This document shows, one piece after another, positions 1-8,699 of a DNA stretch of 32,000 nucleotides. Made by a program: the position numbers and the translations under genes. The stretch's first letter is position 1. Each line of letters opens with the position of its first letter. Below the pieces are notes generated by a model. It saw only the letters and a program-made list of their open reading frames with translations, had not been told where the DNA came from and searched no databases. The DNA comes from Streptococcus phage Dp-1: the sequence record NC_015274.1. One strand, written 5' to 3'.

Positions 1-39
1 ATAATAAAAATATGAAGCAGATATTGGGTTAATTATTGC

Positions 40-69
40 TTAACAAAATGCACCGAATTTGTGTATAAT
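40..69 (+). promoter_or_regulatory. Promoter for queF operon (TTAACA - 18 nt - TATAAT)
   Basis: TTAACA at 40-45 and TATAAT at 64-69; the same layout with TGTG just before the -10 occurs at 5287, 12964 and 23623. Confidence 0.65.
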
Positions 70-77
70 ATAAGTGA

Positions 78-123
78 AGCAGTTTTGTAAACCTGACATC
101 CTGCTAAATAAAAATAAAGGAGG
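78..123 (+). promoter_or_regulatory. Candidate preQ1-I-type riboswitch overlapping the queF Shine-Dalgarno
   Basis: P1 stem AGCAG (78-82)/CTGCT (101-105), U-rich loop start, ACATC just before the P1 3' strand, A-rich tail AAATAAAAATAAAGG; loop CCU can pair with AGG of the SD; lies directly upstream of preQ1 pathway genes. Confidence 0.55.
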
Positions 124-130
124 CTCGAAC

Positions 131-652
131 ATGAGTCAAAACACTACACGCACTGACGCTGAATTGACAGGCGTTACTCTTTTAGGAAACCAAGACACCA
201 AATACGATTATGACTATAATCCAGACGTCCTTGAAACTTTCCCTAACAAACATCCTGAAAATAATTACCTAGTAACATTTGACGGATATGAATTCACTTC
301 CCTTTGCCCTAAAACAGGACAGCCTGACTTCGCGAATGTTTTCATTAGTTACATTCCAAACGAAAAGATGGTTGAATCTAAATCATTGAAATTGTACTTA
401 TTCAGTTTCCGTAACCACGGTGACTTCCACGAAGATTGCATGAACATTATTTTGAATGACTTGTATGAATTGATGGAACCTAAGTACATTGAAGTCATGG
501 GCCTATTCACTCCTCGTGGTGGAATTTCAATTTACCCATTCGTCAACAAAGTGAATCCTCAATTTGCAACTCCTGAACTTGAACAGCTTCAACTTCAACG
601 CAAATTGAACTTCCTTGGAAATGTTCAAGGTCTTGGACGAGCTATTCGATAG
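131..652 (+). CDS. queF: NADPH-dependent 7-cyano-7-deazaguanine (preQ0) reductase QueF
   Basis: ORF starting [11 protein letters not shown] after SD aaaggagg; QueF-like motifs ([43 protein letters not shown]). Confidence 0.95.
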   Translation: MSQNTTRTDAELTGVTLLGNQDTKYDYDYNPDVLETFPNKHPENNYLVTFDGYEFTSLCPKTGQPDFANVFISYIPNEKMVESKSLKLYLFSFRNHGDFHEDCMNIILNDLYELMEPKYIEVMGLFTPRGGISIYPFVNKVNPQFATPELEQLQLQRKLNFLGNVQGLGRAIR

Positions 653-661
653 GAGGCTGGA

Positions 662-1348
662 ATGAAATCAGTAGTTTTATTATCCGGCGGAGTCGACTCA
701 GCCACTTGTTTAGCAATTGAAGTTGACAAGTGGGGTTCTAAAAATGTTCATGCTATAGCATTCAATTACGGACAAAAGCATGAAGCAGAACTTGAAAATG
801 CTGCTAATGTTGCAATGTTCTACGGAGTCAAGTTCACCATTCTTGAAATTGACTCGAAAATCTACTCAAGCTCTAGCTCTTCCTTATTACAAGGAAAAGG
901 CGAAATTTCACATGGAAAATCTTACGCTGAAATCCTAGCAGAGAAGGAAGTAGTTGACACCTATGTTCCATTTAGAAATGGACTAATGCTTTCACAGGCT
1001 GCGGCTTATGCTTATTCGGTTGGAGCTTCTTACGTCGTATATGGTGCTCACGCAGACGATGCGGCTGGAGGTGCTTACCCTGATTGCACTCCTGAGTTCT
1101 ATAATTCAATGTCAAATGCAATGGAATATGGAACTGGAGGCAAGGTAACCCTTGTCGCTCCTCTACTTACTCTAACCAAGGCGCAAGTCGTTAAATGGGG
1201 AATTGATTTAGATGTTCCTTATTTCTTGACTCGTTCATGTTATGAAAGTGACGCTGAAAGTTGTGGAACTTGCGCAACTTGTATCGACCGCAAAAAGGCA
1301 TTCGAAGAAAATGGAATGACTGACCCTATTCATTATAAGGAGAATTGA
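662..1348 (+). CDS. queC: 7-cyano-7-deazaguanine synthase QueC
   Basis: N-type PP-loop VLLSGGVDSATCLA, C-terminal cysteines CYESDAESCGTCATCIDRKKAF. Confidence 0.96.
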   Translation: MKSVVLLSGGVDSATCLAIEVDKWGSKNVHAIAFNYGQKHEAELENAANVAMFYGVKFTILEIDSKIYSSSSSSLLQGKGEISHGKSYAEILAEKEVVDTYVPFRNGLMLSQAAAYAYSVGASYVVYGAHADDAAGGAYPDCTPEFYNSMSNAMEYGTGGKVTLVAPLLTLTKAQVVKWGIDLDVPYFLTRSCYESDAESCGTCATCIDRKKAFEENGMTDPIHYKEN

Positions 1349-1349
1349 T

Positions 1350-1871
1350 ATGAGAGTTTCTAAAACCTTAACATTCGACGCAGCTCATCAACTAGTTGGA
1401 CATTTTGGAAAATGCGCAAATTTGCACGGGCATACTTACAAAGTCGAAATTTCATTAGCAGGCGGAACTTATGACCACGGTTCGAGTCAAGGGATGGTTG
1501 TTGACTTTTATCACGTCAAGAAAATCGCAGGTACATTCATTGACAGACTTGACCACGCTGTTCTTCTTCAAGGGAATGAACCAATCGCTTTAGCAAATGC
1601 AGTTGACACCAAGCGAGTTCTATTTGGATTTAGAACTACGGCTGAGAATATGTCAAGATTCCTTACCTGGACTCTCACGGAGCTTATGTGGAAGCATGCT
1701 CGTATCGACTCTATCAAACTATGGGAAACTCCTACAGGTTGCGCAGAATGTACTTACTACGAGATTTTCACAGAAGACGAGATTGAAATGTTCAAGAACG
1801 TAACCTTTATCGACAAAGACGAAAAGATTACTGTCCGCGAAATTTTAGAGCAGGAGCAGGATAATGGTTAA
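1350..1871 (+). CDS. queD: 6-carboxy-5,6,7,8-tetrahydropterin synthase QueD
   Basis: TFDAAHQLVGHFGKCANLHGHTYKVEI and PTGCAECTYYE typical of the 6-PTP synthase/QueD family. Confidence 0.93.
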   Translation: MRVSKTLTFDAAHQLVGHFGKCANLHGHTYKVEISLAGGTYDHGSSQGMVVDFYHVKKIAGTFIDRLDHAVLLQGNEPIALANAVDTKRVLFGFRTTAENMSRFLTWTLTELMWKHARIDSIKLWETPTGCAECTYYEIFTEDEIEMFKNVTFIDKDEKITVREILEQEQDNG

Positions 1872-2658
1872 TCAATACAATCAGCCTGAAAGAGGCAAGA
1901 TTCGAATCAATGTTCGCGACCCTGAGAAAATGCCTATCATGGAAATTTTCGGTCCTACAATTCAAGGTGAAGGAATGGTTATAGGTCAAAAGACTATTTT
2001 CATTCGAACTGGTGGATGCGACTATCATTGCAACTGGTGTGACTCAGCCTTTACCTGGAACGGTACTACTGAGCCGGAATATATCACAGGCAAAGAAGCT
2101 GCTAGTCGAATCTTGAAACTAGCTTTCAATGATAAAGGTGAACAGATTTGTAACCACGTGACATTGACTGGAGGAAATCCTGCCTTAATCAACGAGCCTA
2201 TGGCTAAGATGATTTCGATTCTAAAAGAACATGGATTCAAGTTTGGTCTCGAAACTCAAGGAACTCGATTCCAAGAATGGTTCAAAGAAGTAAGCGATAT
2301 CACTATTAGTCCTAAACCGCCTTCAAGTGGAATGAGAACTAATATGAAAATTCTTGAAGCTATTGTAGATAGAATGAATGATGAAAACCTTGACTGGTCA
2401 TTTAAAATCGTTATCTTTGACGAAAATGACCTAGCTTATGCGCGTGATATGTTTAAAACTTTCGAAGGCAAGTTACGTCCAGTGAACTACCTTTCAGTTG
2501 GGAATGCAAACGCATACGAAGAAGGAAAAATCAGTGATAGGCTTCTTGAAAAGTTGGGATGGCTTTGGGATAAAGTGTATGAAGACCCAGCTTTCAACAA
2601 TGTTCGACCTTTACCGCAACTTCATACACTTGTTTATGATAATAAAAGAGGAGTATAA
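1864..2658 (+). CDS. queE: 7-carboxy-7-deazaguanine synthase QueE (radical SAM)
   Basis: IFGPTIQGEGMVIGQKTIFIRTGGCDYHCNWCDSAFTW cluster motif. Confidence 0.95.
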   Translation: MVNQYNQPERGKIRINVRDPEKMPIMEIFGPTIQGEGMVIGQKTIFIRTGGCDYHCNWCDSAFTWNGTTEPEYITGKEAASRILKLAFNDKGEQICNHVTLTGGNPALINEPMAKMISILKEHGFKFGLETQGTRFQEWFKEVSDITISPKPPSSGMRTNMKILEAIVDRMNDENLDWSFKIVIFDENDLAYARDMFKTFEGKLRPVNYLSVGNANAYEEGKISDRLLEKLGWLWDKVYEDPAFNNVRPLPQLHTLVYDNKRGV

Positions 2659-2660
2659 AA

Positions 2661-3295
2661 TGAAAATTGAGCATCTAGATAAAATCGGTAACGTATTAGG
2701 GAGAGAGAACGGATGGGCTTCCCTTAAGCCGGATGAAATTGTAACCTTGGACAATACTGAGGCAGCCGTTCAAAGACTTTTTGGTCTATTAGGCGAGGAC
2801 GCAGAACGTGACGGGTTGCAAGATACTCCATTCCGTTTTGTTAAAGCACTCGCTGAACATACCGTAGGGTATCGAGAAGACCCTAAACTTCATCTCGAAA
2901 AAACATTCGACGTCGACCATGAAGACCTTGTTCTTGTGAAAGACATTCCATTCAATTCTTTATGTGAGCATCATTTAGCTCCGTTCGTAGGGAAGGTGCA
3001 TATTGCATACATTCCTAAGGATAAGATTACAGGTCTTTCAAAATTCGGTCGAGTGGTTGAAGGATACGCTAAACGACTTCAAGTACAAGAGCGCTTGACT
3101 CAACAAATCGCTGACGCTATTCAGGAAGTTCTAAATCCTCAAGCAGTTGCGGTCATCGTAGAGGCTGAGCATACTTGCATGAGCGGACGCGGTATTAAGA
3201 AGCACGGGGCAACGACAGTGACTTCAACTATGCGAGGTCTTTTCCAAGATGACGCATCTGCTCGAGCAGAATTGCTTCAGTTGATTAAAAAGTAG
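2661..3295 (+). CDS. folE: GTP cyclohydrolase I FolE
   Basis: In-frame start MKIEHLDKIGNV with upstream gaggag; motifs FNSLCEHHLAPFVGKVHIAYIP, GLSKFGRVVEGYAKRLQVQERLTQQIA, EAEHTCMSGRG. Confidence 0.93.
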
Positions 3296-3305
3296 GAGGC
3301 GGAAA

Positions 3306-3803
3306 ATGAATAAAAGTGCAACCTTTTGGCTTGTTCGAACAGCTCTTATTGCGGCTCTATATGTGACATTGACCGTTGCATTTTCTGCTATTAGTTATGG
3401 ACCTATTCAATTTAGAGTCAGTGAAGCCTTGATTCTTCTACCTTTATGGAACCATAGATGGACTCCGGGGATTGTATTAGGAACAATTATTGCAAACTTC
3501 TTTTCACCTCTTGGACTGATTGACGTTTTATTCGGTTCACTTGCTACCTTCCTTGGAGTAGTGGCAATGGTGAAAGTTGCTAAGATGGCAAGTCCTCTAT
3601 ATTCACTTATCTGTCCAGTTCTTGCTAATGCTTACCTTATTGCGCTGGAACTTCGAATAGTTTACTCTTTACCTTTTTGGGAATCTGTCATCTATGTAGG
3701 AATTAGTGAAGCGATTATCGTTTTAATTTCATACTTCCTTATTTCCACGCTGGCGAAGAACAATCATTTTAGAACACTGATAGGAGCGAAAAATGGGATT
3801 TAA
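3306..3803 (+). CDS. queT: QueT-family membrane protein, putative preQ0/preQ1 transporter
   Basis: Hydrophobic multi-TM protein with QueT-like IQFRVSEALILLPL and GTIIANFFSPLGLIDVLFGSLATFLG; position inside the deazaguanine operon. Confidence 0.85.
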   Translation: MNKSATFWLVRTALIAALYVTLTVAFSAISYGPIQFRVSEALILLPLWNHRWTPGIVLGTIIANFFSPLGLIDVLFGSLATFLGVVAMVKVAKMASPLYSLICPVLANAYLIALELRIVYSLPFWESVIYVGISEAIIVLISYFLISTLAKNNHFRTLIGAKNGI

Positions 3804-4728
3804 TCTATACTTCGCAGGAGGTCACGCTATTAGCACTGACGATTATTTGAAGGAAAGAGGAGCCAATCGCCTATTCAATCAACTGTACGAAAGAAACGGG
3901 ATTGGCAAAAGGTGGATTGAGCATAAGAAAACCAATCCAAGCACTACTTCAAAACTATTCGTCGACTCTAGTGCATATTCTGCTCATACCAAAGGGGCTG
4001 AAGTTGACATTGACGCCTATATCGAATACGTGAATGATAACGTGGGAATGTTTGACTGTATCGCCGAACTCGATAAAATTCCTGGTGTATTTAGACAGCC
4101 TAAGACACGTGAACAGCTTTTGGAAGCACCACAAATTTCTTGGGATAATTATCTATACATGCGCGAGCGAATGGTTGAGAAAGACAAGCTCTTACCTATT
4201 TTCCATATGGGAGAAGACTTTAAATGGCTCAACTTGATGCTCGAAACTACATTCGAAGGCGGAAAGCATATTCCTTACATTGGAATTTCACCAGCCAATG
4301 ACTCGACTACGAAGCATAAAGACAAGTGGATGGAAAGAGTATTCGAAGTTATTCGAAACAGTTCTAATCCAGACGTTAAGACTCACGCATTTGGGATGAC
4401 AGTTACTAGCCAATTAGAGCGTCACCCATTCTATAGCGCCGACTCTACTTCTGTACTGCTCACAGGAGCGATGGGAAACATTATGACGTCAAAAGGATTA
4501 GTTGACTTGTCACAGAAGAATGGAGGAATTGATGCTGTCCGTAGGCTGCCAAAACCGGTTCAAGTTGAAATTGAATCCATTATCGAAGAAACTGGAGCGC
4601 ATTTTAGCCTAGAGCAATTAGTTGAGGACTATAAACTTCGAGCATTGTTCAATGTTCAATACATGCTGAATTGGGCAGAGAACTATGAATTCAAGGGAAT
4701 TAAAAATCGTCAACGTCGACTATTTTAG
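3793..4728 (+). CDS. DpdA-like TGT-related enzyme, putative DNA 7-deazaguanine transglycosylase
   Basis: 311 aa; TGT/DpdA-like barrel signatures KLFVDSSAYSAHTKG, LPIFHMGED, YIGISP, THAFGMT; last gene of the preQ operon, overlaps queT. Confidence 0.72.
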   Translation: MGFNLYFAGGHAISTDDYLKERGANRLFNQLYERNGIGKRWIEHKKTNPSTTSKLFVDSSAYSAHTKGAEVDIDAYIEYVNDNVGMFDCIAELDKIPGVFRQPKTREQLLEAPQISWDNYLYMRERMVEKDKLLPIFHMGEDFKWLNLMLETTFEGGKHIPYIGISPANDSTTKHKDKWMERVFEVIRNSSNPDVKTHAFGMTVTSQLERHPFYSADSTSVLLTGAMGNIMTSKGLVDLSQKNGGIDAVRRLPKPVQVEIESIIEETGAHFSLEQLVEDYKLRALFNVQYMLNWAENYEFKGIKNRQRRLF

Positions 4729-4757
4729 ATAAGAGCTTTTCGCTCTTATTTTTTTTA
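4729..4757 (+). terminator. Rho-independent terminator
   Basis: ATAAGAGC-ttttc-GCTCTTAT followed by a T run. Confidence 0.9.
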
Positions 4758-4787
4758 AAAAAAAATGAACTTTTTATACAAAAACGC

Positions 4788-4816
4788 TTGACTTTATTCA
4801 CTCATTATCGTATAAT
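4788..4816 (+). promoter_or_regulatory. Promoter, class I (TTGACT-17-TATAAT)
   Basis: TTGACT 4788-4793, 17-nt spacer, TATAAT 4811-4816; near-identical block repeated three more times. Confidence 0.9.
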
Positions 4817-4851
4817 CATAATATAAATAAAACGAATAAGAGGTAAATAAA

Positions 4852-5025
4852 ATGACAGCAGTTCAACAAGTTAAGTTCTACTTAGAAGAAGCCGGCGCTC
4901 ACTTTCTAAAAGATGTTGAGTACAGTGACAACTTAGAGCAAGCAATTATGAAAGATATTCTTAAATGGAATGGCGCTCATAGAGATGAGCACGATATGAA
5001 AATAACTTCATACGAAGTATTATAG
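4852..5025 (+). CDS. Small hypothetical protein (57 aa)
   Basis: ATG with upstream aagaggt; MTAVQQVKFYLEEAGAHFLKDVEYSDN...; directly after class I promoter. Confidence 0.7.
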   Translation: MTAVQQVKFYLEEAGAHFLKDVEYSDNLEQAIMKDILKWNGAHRDEHDMKITSYEVL

Positions 5026-5039
5026 AGAGGGGTAAGGCT

Positions 5040-5279
5040 ATGAAAAAAGTTCAAACTTATCAAGAATATCTAAAACTAGTTGAGTTCAAACGTCAACTTT
5101 CTTTAAATCTTCGAGAAGGAAAAATAGGAGTCGATGAAGCGGTTATTCAATTATTCACCTTCTATAGTTTCAACAATATCGAGGAACCTCCTTTCATTGT
5201 ACTCAAAATGCAAGAGGCTGCCGTGAACGGGACTTATGAAGCAAAACTCAATATGCTTAAAAGATTTAAAATTATTTAG
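5040..5279 (+). CDS. Small hypothetical protein (79 aa)
   Basis: ORF with SD agaggggt upstream. Confidence 0.7.
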   Translation: MKKVQTYQEYLKLVEFKRQLSLNLREGKIGVDEAVIQLFTFYSFNNIEEPPFIVLKMQEAAVNGTYEAKLNMLKRFKII

Positions 5280-5286
5280 AAACGGC

Positions 5287-5316
5287 TTTACAAACTCGCG
5301 ATAATTCGTGTATATT
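5287..5316 (+). promoter_or_regulatory. Promoter, class II (TTTACA-18-TATATT) for the clamp gene
   Basis: TTTACA 5287, TGTG preceding -10 TATATT 5311. Confidence 0.65.
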
Positions 5317-5345
5317 ATATATATCAAAAAAAGGAGGCTCATATT

Positions 5346-6419
5346 ATGAGTATTAAGTTCAAAACCGAAGAACTTTCAAAAATTGTTTCTCAGCTCAATA
5401 AGTTGAAGCCTAGCAAGTTGCTAGAAATCACAAACTATTGGCATATTTTTGGTGACGGCGAATGCGTCATGTTTACAGCGTATGATGGCTCAAACTTCCT
5501 TCGATGCATTATCGACAGCGATGTTGAAATTGACGTGATTGTGAAAGCAGAGCAGTTTGGAAAACTTGTAGAAAAGACCACGGCCGCAACCGTCACATTA
5601 GTTCCTGAAGAATCTTCGCTAAAAGTTATTGGGAATGGTGAGTACAATATTGATATTGTTACAGAAGATGAAGAGTACCCTACATTCGACCACTTGCTCG
5701 AAGACGTGAGTGAAGAAAATGCTCTCACTTTGAAAAGCTCGCTGTTCTACGGAATCGCCAATATCAACGATTCTGCGGTATCTAAATCAGGAGCAGATGG
5801 AATTTATACCGGCTTCCTGTTAAAAGGCGGAAAAGCAATTACTACAGACATCATTCGCGTATGTATCAACCCTATCAAGGAAAAGGGACTAGAAATGCTC
5901 ATTCCTTACAACCTAATGAGTATTTTAGCAAGTATTCCTGATGAGAAGATGTACTTCTGGCAAATTGACGATACTACTGTCTATATTTCATCGGCTTCAG
6001 TCGAAATTTATGGAAAATTGATGGAAGGTATGGAAGATTATGAAGACGTTTCACAGCTTGACTCAATTGAGTTTGAAGATGATGCGGCTATCCCTACAGC
6101 AGAAATCCTGAGCGTATTAGACCGCCTTGTACTATTCACTTCAGCCTTTGACAAAGGAACCGTCGAATTCTTATTCTTGAAAGACCGACTTCGAATTAAA
6201 ACTTCTACTAGCAGTTATGAAGACATCATGTACGCATCTGCTGGCAAGAAAGTTTCGAAGAAAGAATTCACTTGCCACCTTAACAGCTTACTCTTGAAGG
6301 AAATTGTATCAACCGTCACCGAAGAAAACTTCACTGTCTCTTATGGAAGCGAAACCGCAATTAAGATTTCATCGAATGGTGTCGTTTACTTCCTAGCACT
6401 TCAAGAGCCGGAAGAATAA
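5346..6419 (+). CDS. dnaN: DNA polymerase III beta-like sliding clamp
   Basis: 357 aa, KFKTEELSKIVSQL start, DGSNFLRC, VLDRLVLFTSAF, VYFLALQEPE C-terminus; overall beta-clamp pattern. Confidence 0.78.
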   Translation: MSIKFKTEELSKIVSQLNKLKPSKLLEITNYWHIFGDGECVMFTAYDGSNFLRCIIDSDVEIDVIVKAEQFGKLVEKTTAATVTLVPEESSLKVIGNGEYNIDIVTEDEEYPTFDHLLEDVSEENALTLKSSLFYGIANINDSAVSKSGADGIYTGFLLKGGKAITTDIIRVCINPIKEKGLEMLIPYNLMSILASIPDEKMYFWQIDDTTVYISSASVEIYGKLMEGMEDYEDVSQLDSIEFEDDAAIPTAEILSVLDRLVLFTSAFDKGTVEFLFLKDRLRIKTSTSSYEDIMYASAGKKVSKKEFTCHLNSLLLKEIVSTVTEENFTVSYGSETAIKISSNGVVYFLALQEPEE

Positions 6420-7195
6420 TGGCCAAGTCCAATTTAACTAGAATTGCAAAGATGGTTAGAGCAGGAAACAGTGAAGGTCCTGCTTCATCTTTTGTCAATT
6501 CGCTGACCCGGGTTATTGAACGAACTCAGCCTGAATATAATCCTTCGACATATTATAAGCCCAGCGGGGTTGGTGGATGTATTCGAAAAATGTATTTCGA
6601 AAGAATCGGTGAGTCTATTATAGATAACGCAGATTCTAACCTAATTGCAATGGGCGAAGCTGGAACATTTAGGCACGAAGTTCTCCAAGAGTACATGGTT
6701 AAAATGGCTGAAATCGATGAGGACTTTGAATGGTTGAATGTAGCAGAGTTCTTGAAAGAAAATCCAGTTGAAGGAACTATCGTCGACGAGCGTTTCAAGA
6801 AAAACGATTATGAAACGAAGTGTAAGAACGAACTTCTTCAACTTTCATTCTTGTGTGACGGACTAGTTCGATATAAAGGCAAGCTCTACATTTTAGAGAT
6901 TAAGACTGAAACCATGTTCAAGTTCACTAAACATACTGAGCCCTATGAAGAACACAAGATGCAAGCAACTTGCTACGGAATGTGTCTAGGAGTCGATGAT
7001 GTCATTTTCCTTTATGAAAATCGAGATAACTTCGAAAAGAAAGCCTACACGTTTCACATCACAGACGAGATGAAAAATCAAGTCCTTGGAAAAATTATGA
7101 CCTGCGAAGAGTATGTAGAGAAAGGCGAAAGTCCTAAAATCTATTGCTCTTCAGCCTATTGCCCATATTGTAGAAAGGAAGGTCGAAATCTGTGA
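6419..7195 (+). CDS. PD-(D/E)XK exonuclease, Cas4/AddB/RecB-like with probable Fe-S cysteines
   Basis: Core LCDGLVRYKGKLYILEIKTE; N-terminal GGCIRKMYFERIG and C-terminal YCSSAYCPYCRKEG (1+3 Cys arrangement). Confidence 0.8.
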   Translation: MAKSNLTRIAKMVRAGNSEGPASSFVNSLTRVIERTQPEYNPSTYYKPSGVGGCIRKMYFERIGESIIDNADSNLIAMGEAGTFRHEVLQEYMVKMAEIDEDFEWLNVAEFLKENPVEGTIVDERFKKNDYETKCKNELLQLSFLCDGLVRYKGKLYILEIKTETMFKFTKHTEPYEEHKMQATCYGMCLGVDDVIFLYENRDNFEKKAYTFHITDEMKNQVLGKIMTCEEYVEKGESPKIYCSSAYCPYCRKEGRNL

Positions 7196-7683
7196 GCTAT
7201 ACTGGAAAAATGTTCGAGGAAGACTTTTTCGAAGGTGCAAAAGACTTTGAGAAAGATGCTTTCACGGTCCGTCTATATGATACCACTAATGGATTTCGAG
7301 GAGTTGCAAATCCCTGCGATTATATAGCCGCAACTAACTTTGGGACCTTGTTTATTGAACTGAAAACTACTAAAGAAGCTTCTTTGAGCTTTAATAACAT
7401 CACTGATAATCAATGGTTCCAGCTATCACGCGCAGATGGATGCAAATTTATTCTCGCCGGAATTTTAGTGTATTTCCAAAAGCATGAAAAGATTATATGG
7501 TATCCAATTTCAAGCCTTGAAAAAATTAAACGGTCTGGAGTTAAAAGCGTCAACCCAAACTTCATCGATGCAGGGTATGAAGTTTCTTACAAGAAGCGTC
7601 GAACTAGATTGACCATTCCTTTCCAAAATGTTCTAGATGCAGTTGAGCTTCATTACAAGGAGAAAAGCAATGGCAAGACCTAA
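7192..7683 (+). CDS. RecU-like Holliday junction resolvase / PD-(D/E)XK nuclease
   Basis: ANPCDYIAATNFGTLFIELKTTKEASLSFNNITDNQWFQL resembles the RecU catalytic region; GTG start. Confidence 0.72.
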   Translation: MSYTGKMFEEDFFEGAKDFEKDAFTVRLYDTTNGFRGVANPCDYIAATNFGTLFIELKTTKEASLSFNNITDNQWFQLSRADGCKFILAGILVYFQKHEKIIWYPISSLEKIKRSGVKSVNPNFIDAGYEVSYKKRRTRLTIPFQNVLDAVELHYKEKSNGKT

Positions 7684-8239
7684 GTTACCTCAAATTGATA
7701 TTCGAGAAGAAGAAATACGAGATGCTCAAGACGTAGCAGACTCGTATGGTGCGATTATCAATAAAGTAGTCGACGAAATTGTTGAAGCAGCTTGCGGTTC
7801 ACTTGACCAGGCAATGGAAGAAATTCAAATAGTTGTAAGCCAAAATCCTGTCATTATGGAAGACCTTAACTACTACATTGGCTATCTTCCCACTCTTCTT
7901 TATTTCGCCGCAGATAGGGCGGAAATGGTGGGAATACAAATGGATTCAAGTTCTGCTATCAGGAAAGAAAAATACGATAATCTATACATTTTAGCCGCCG
8001 GGAAAACTATTCCTGACAAGCAAGCAGAAACTCGAAAACTTGTCATGAATGAAGAAGTCATCGAAAATGCTTACAAGCGAGCCTACAAGAAAGTTCAATT
8101 AAAGCTAGAACAGGCCGATAAGGTATTAGCATCTTTAAAACGAATTCAAACCTGGCAACTAGCAGAGTTAGAAACTCAGTCAAATAATTCAAAAGGAGTA
8201 TTATTAAATGCAAAAAGACGTAGACGTGAAAATGATTGA
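7670..8239 (+). CDS. Hypothetical helical protein
   Basis: Start MARPKLPQID after aaggagaaa; lies between recombination genes. Confidence 0.75.
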   Translation: MARPKLPQIDIREEEIRDAQDVADSYGAIINKVVDEIVEAACGSLDQAMEEIQIVVSQNPVIMEDLNYYIGYLPTLLYFAADRAEMVGIQMDSSSAIRKEKYDNLYILAAGKTIPDKQAETRKLVMNEEVIENAYKRAYKKVQLKLEQADKVLASLKRIQTWQLAELETQSNNSKGVLLNAKRRRREND

Positions 8240-8699
8240 CCCTAAACTTGACCGATTAAAATACACAGGTGATTGGGTTGATGTACGAATTAGTTCTATC
8301 ACTAAAATTGACGCCGACAGCGCCGATGTCTCAAGATGTCGAAAAGTGCTTCAAAAGGCTCAAGTATATTCAGTGGCGGCAGGTGAATGCATTAAAATTG
8401 CACACGGATTTGCTCTTGAACTTCCTAAGGGATATGAAGCAATCTTGCATCCTCGTTCCAGTCTTTTTAAGAAAACTGGTCTAATCTTCGTTTCTAGCGG
8501 AGTGATTGACGAAGGTTACAAAGGTGACACTGATGAATGGTTCTCAGTTTGGTATGCTACTCGTGACGCAGATATCTTCTACGACCAAAGAATTGCCCAA
8601 TTTAGAATTCAGGAAAAGCAACCTGCTATCAAGTTCAATTTCGTAGAATCTTTAGGAAATGCGGCTCGTGGAGGCCATGGAAGTACAGGTGATTTCTAA
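8208..8699 (+). CDS. dut: dUTPase / deoxyuridine 5'-triphosphate nucleotidohydrolase
   Basis: IKIAHGFALELPKGYEAILHPRSSLFKKTGLIFVSSGVIDEGYKGD and QRIAQFRI. Confidence 0.9.
   Translation: MQKDVDVKMIDPKLDRLKYTGDWVDVRISSITKIDADSADVSRCRKVLQKAQVYSVAAGECIKIAHGFALELPKGYEAILHPRSSLFKKTGLIFVSSGVIDEGYKGDTDEWFSVWYATRDADIFYDQRIAQFRIQEKQPAIKFNFVESLGNAARGGHGSTGDF

Noticed and set aside
78-123. preQ1-II riboswitch or plain attenuator
   Set aside because: Too short for the multi-stem class II layout, and no T-run follows the stem, so it is not a terminator.
74-130. N-terminal extension of QueF ([19 protein letters not shown])
   Set aside because: It would be translated through the candidate riboswitch and SD; the start at 131 has a strong SD and matches the usual QueF length.
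1828-2240. Minus-strand ORFs opposite queD/queE
   Set aside because: Short, no SD, fully inside well-supported coding genes.
6419-7195. Cas4 of a CRISPR-Cas system
   Set aside because: No repeat-spacer array or other cas genes in the window; phage recombination nuclease is the simpler reading.
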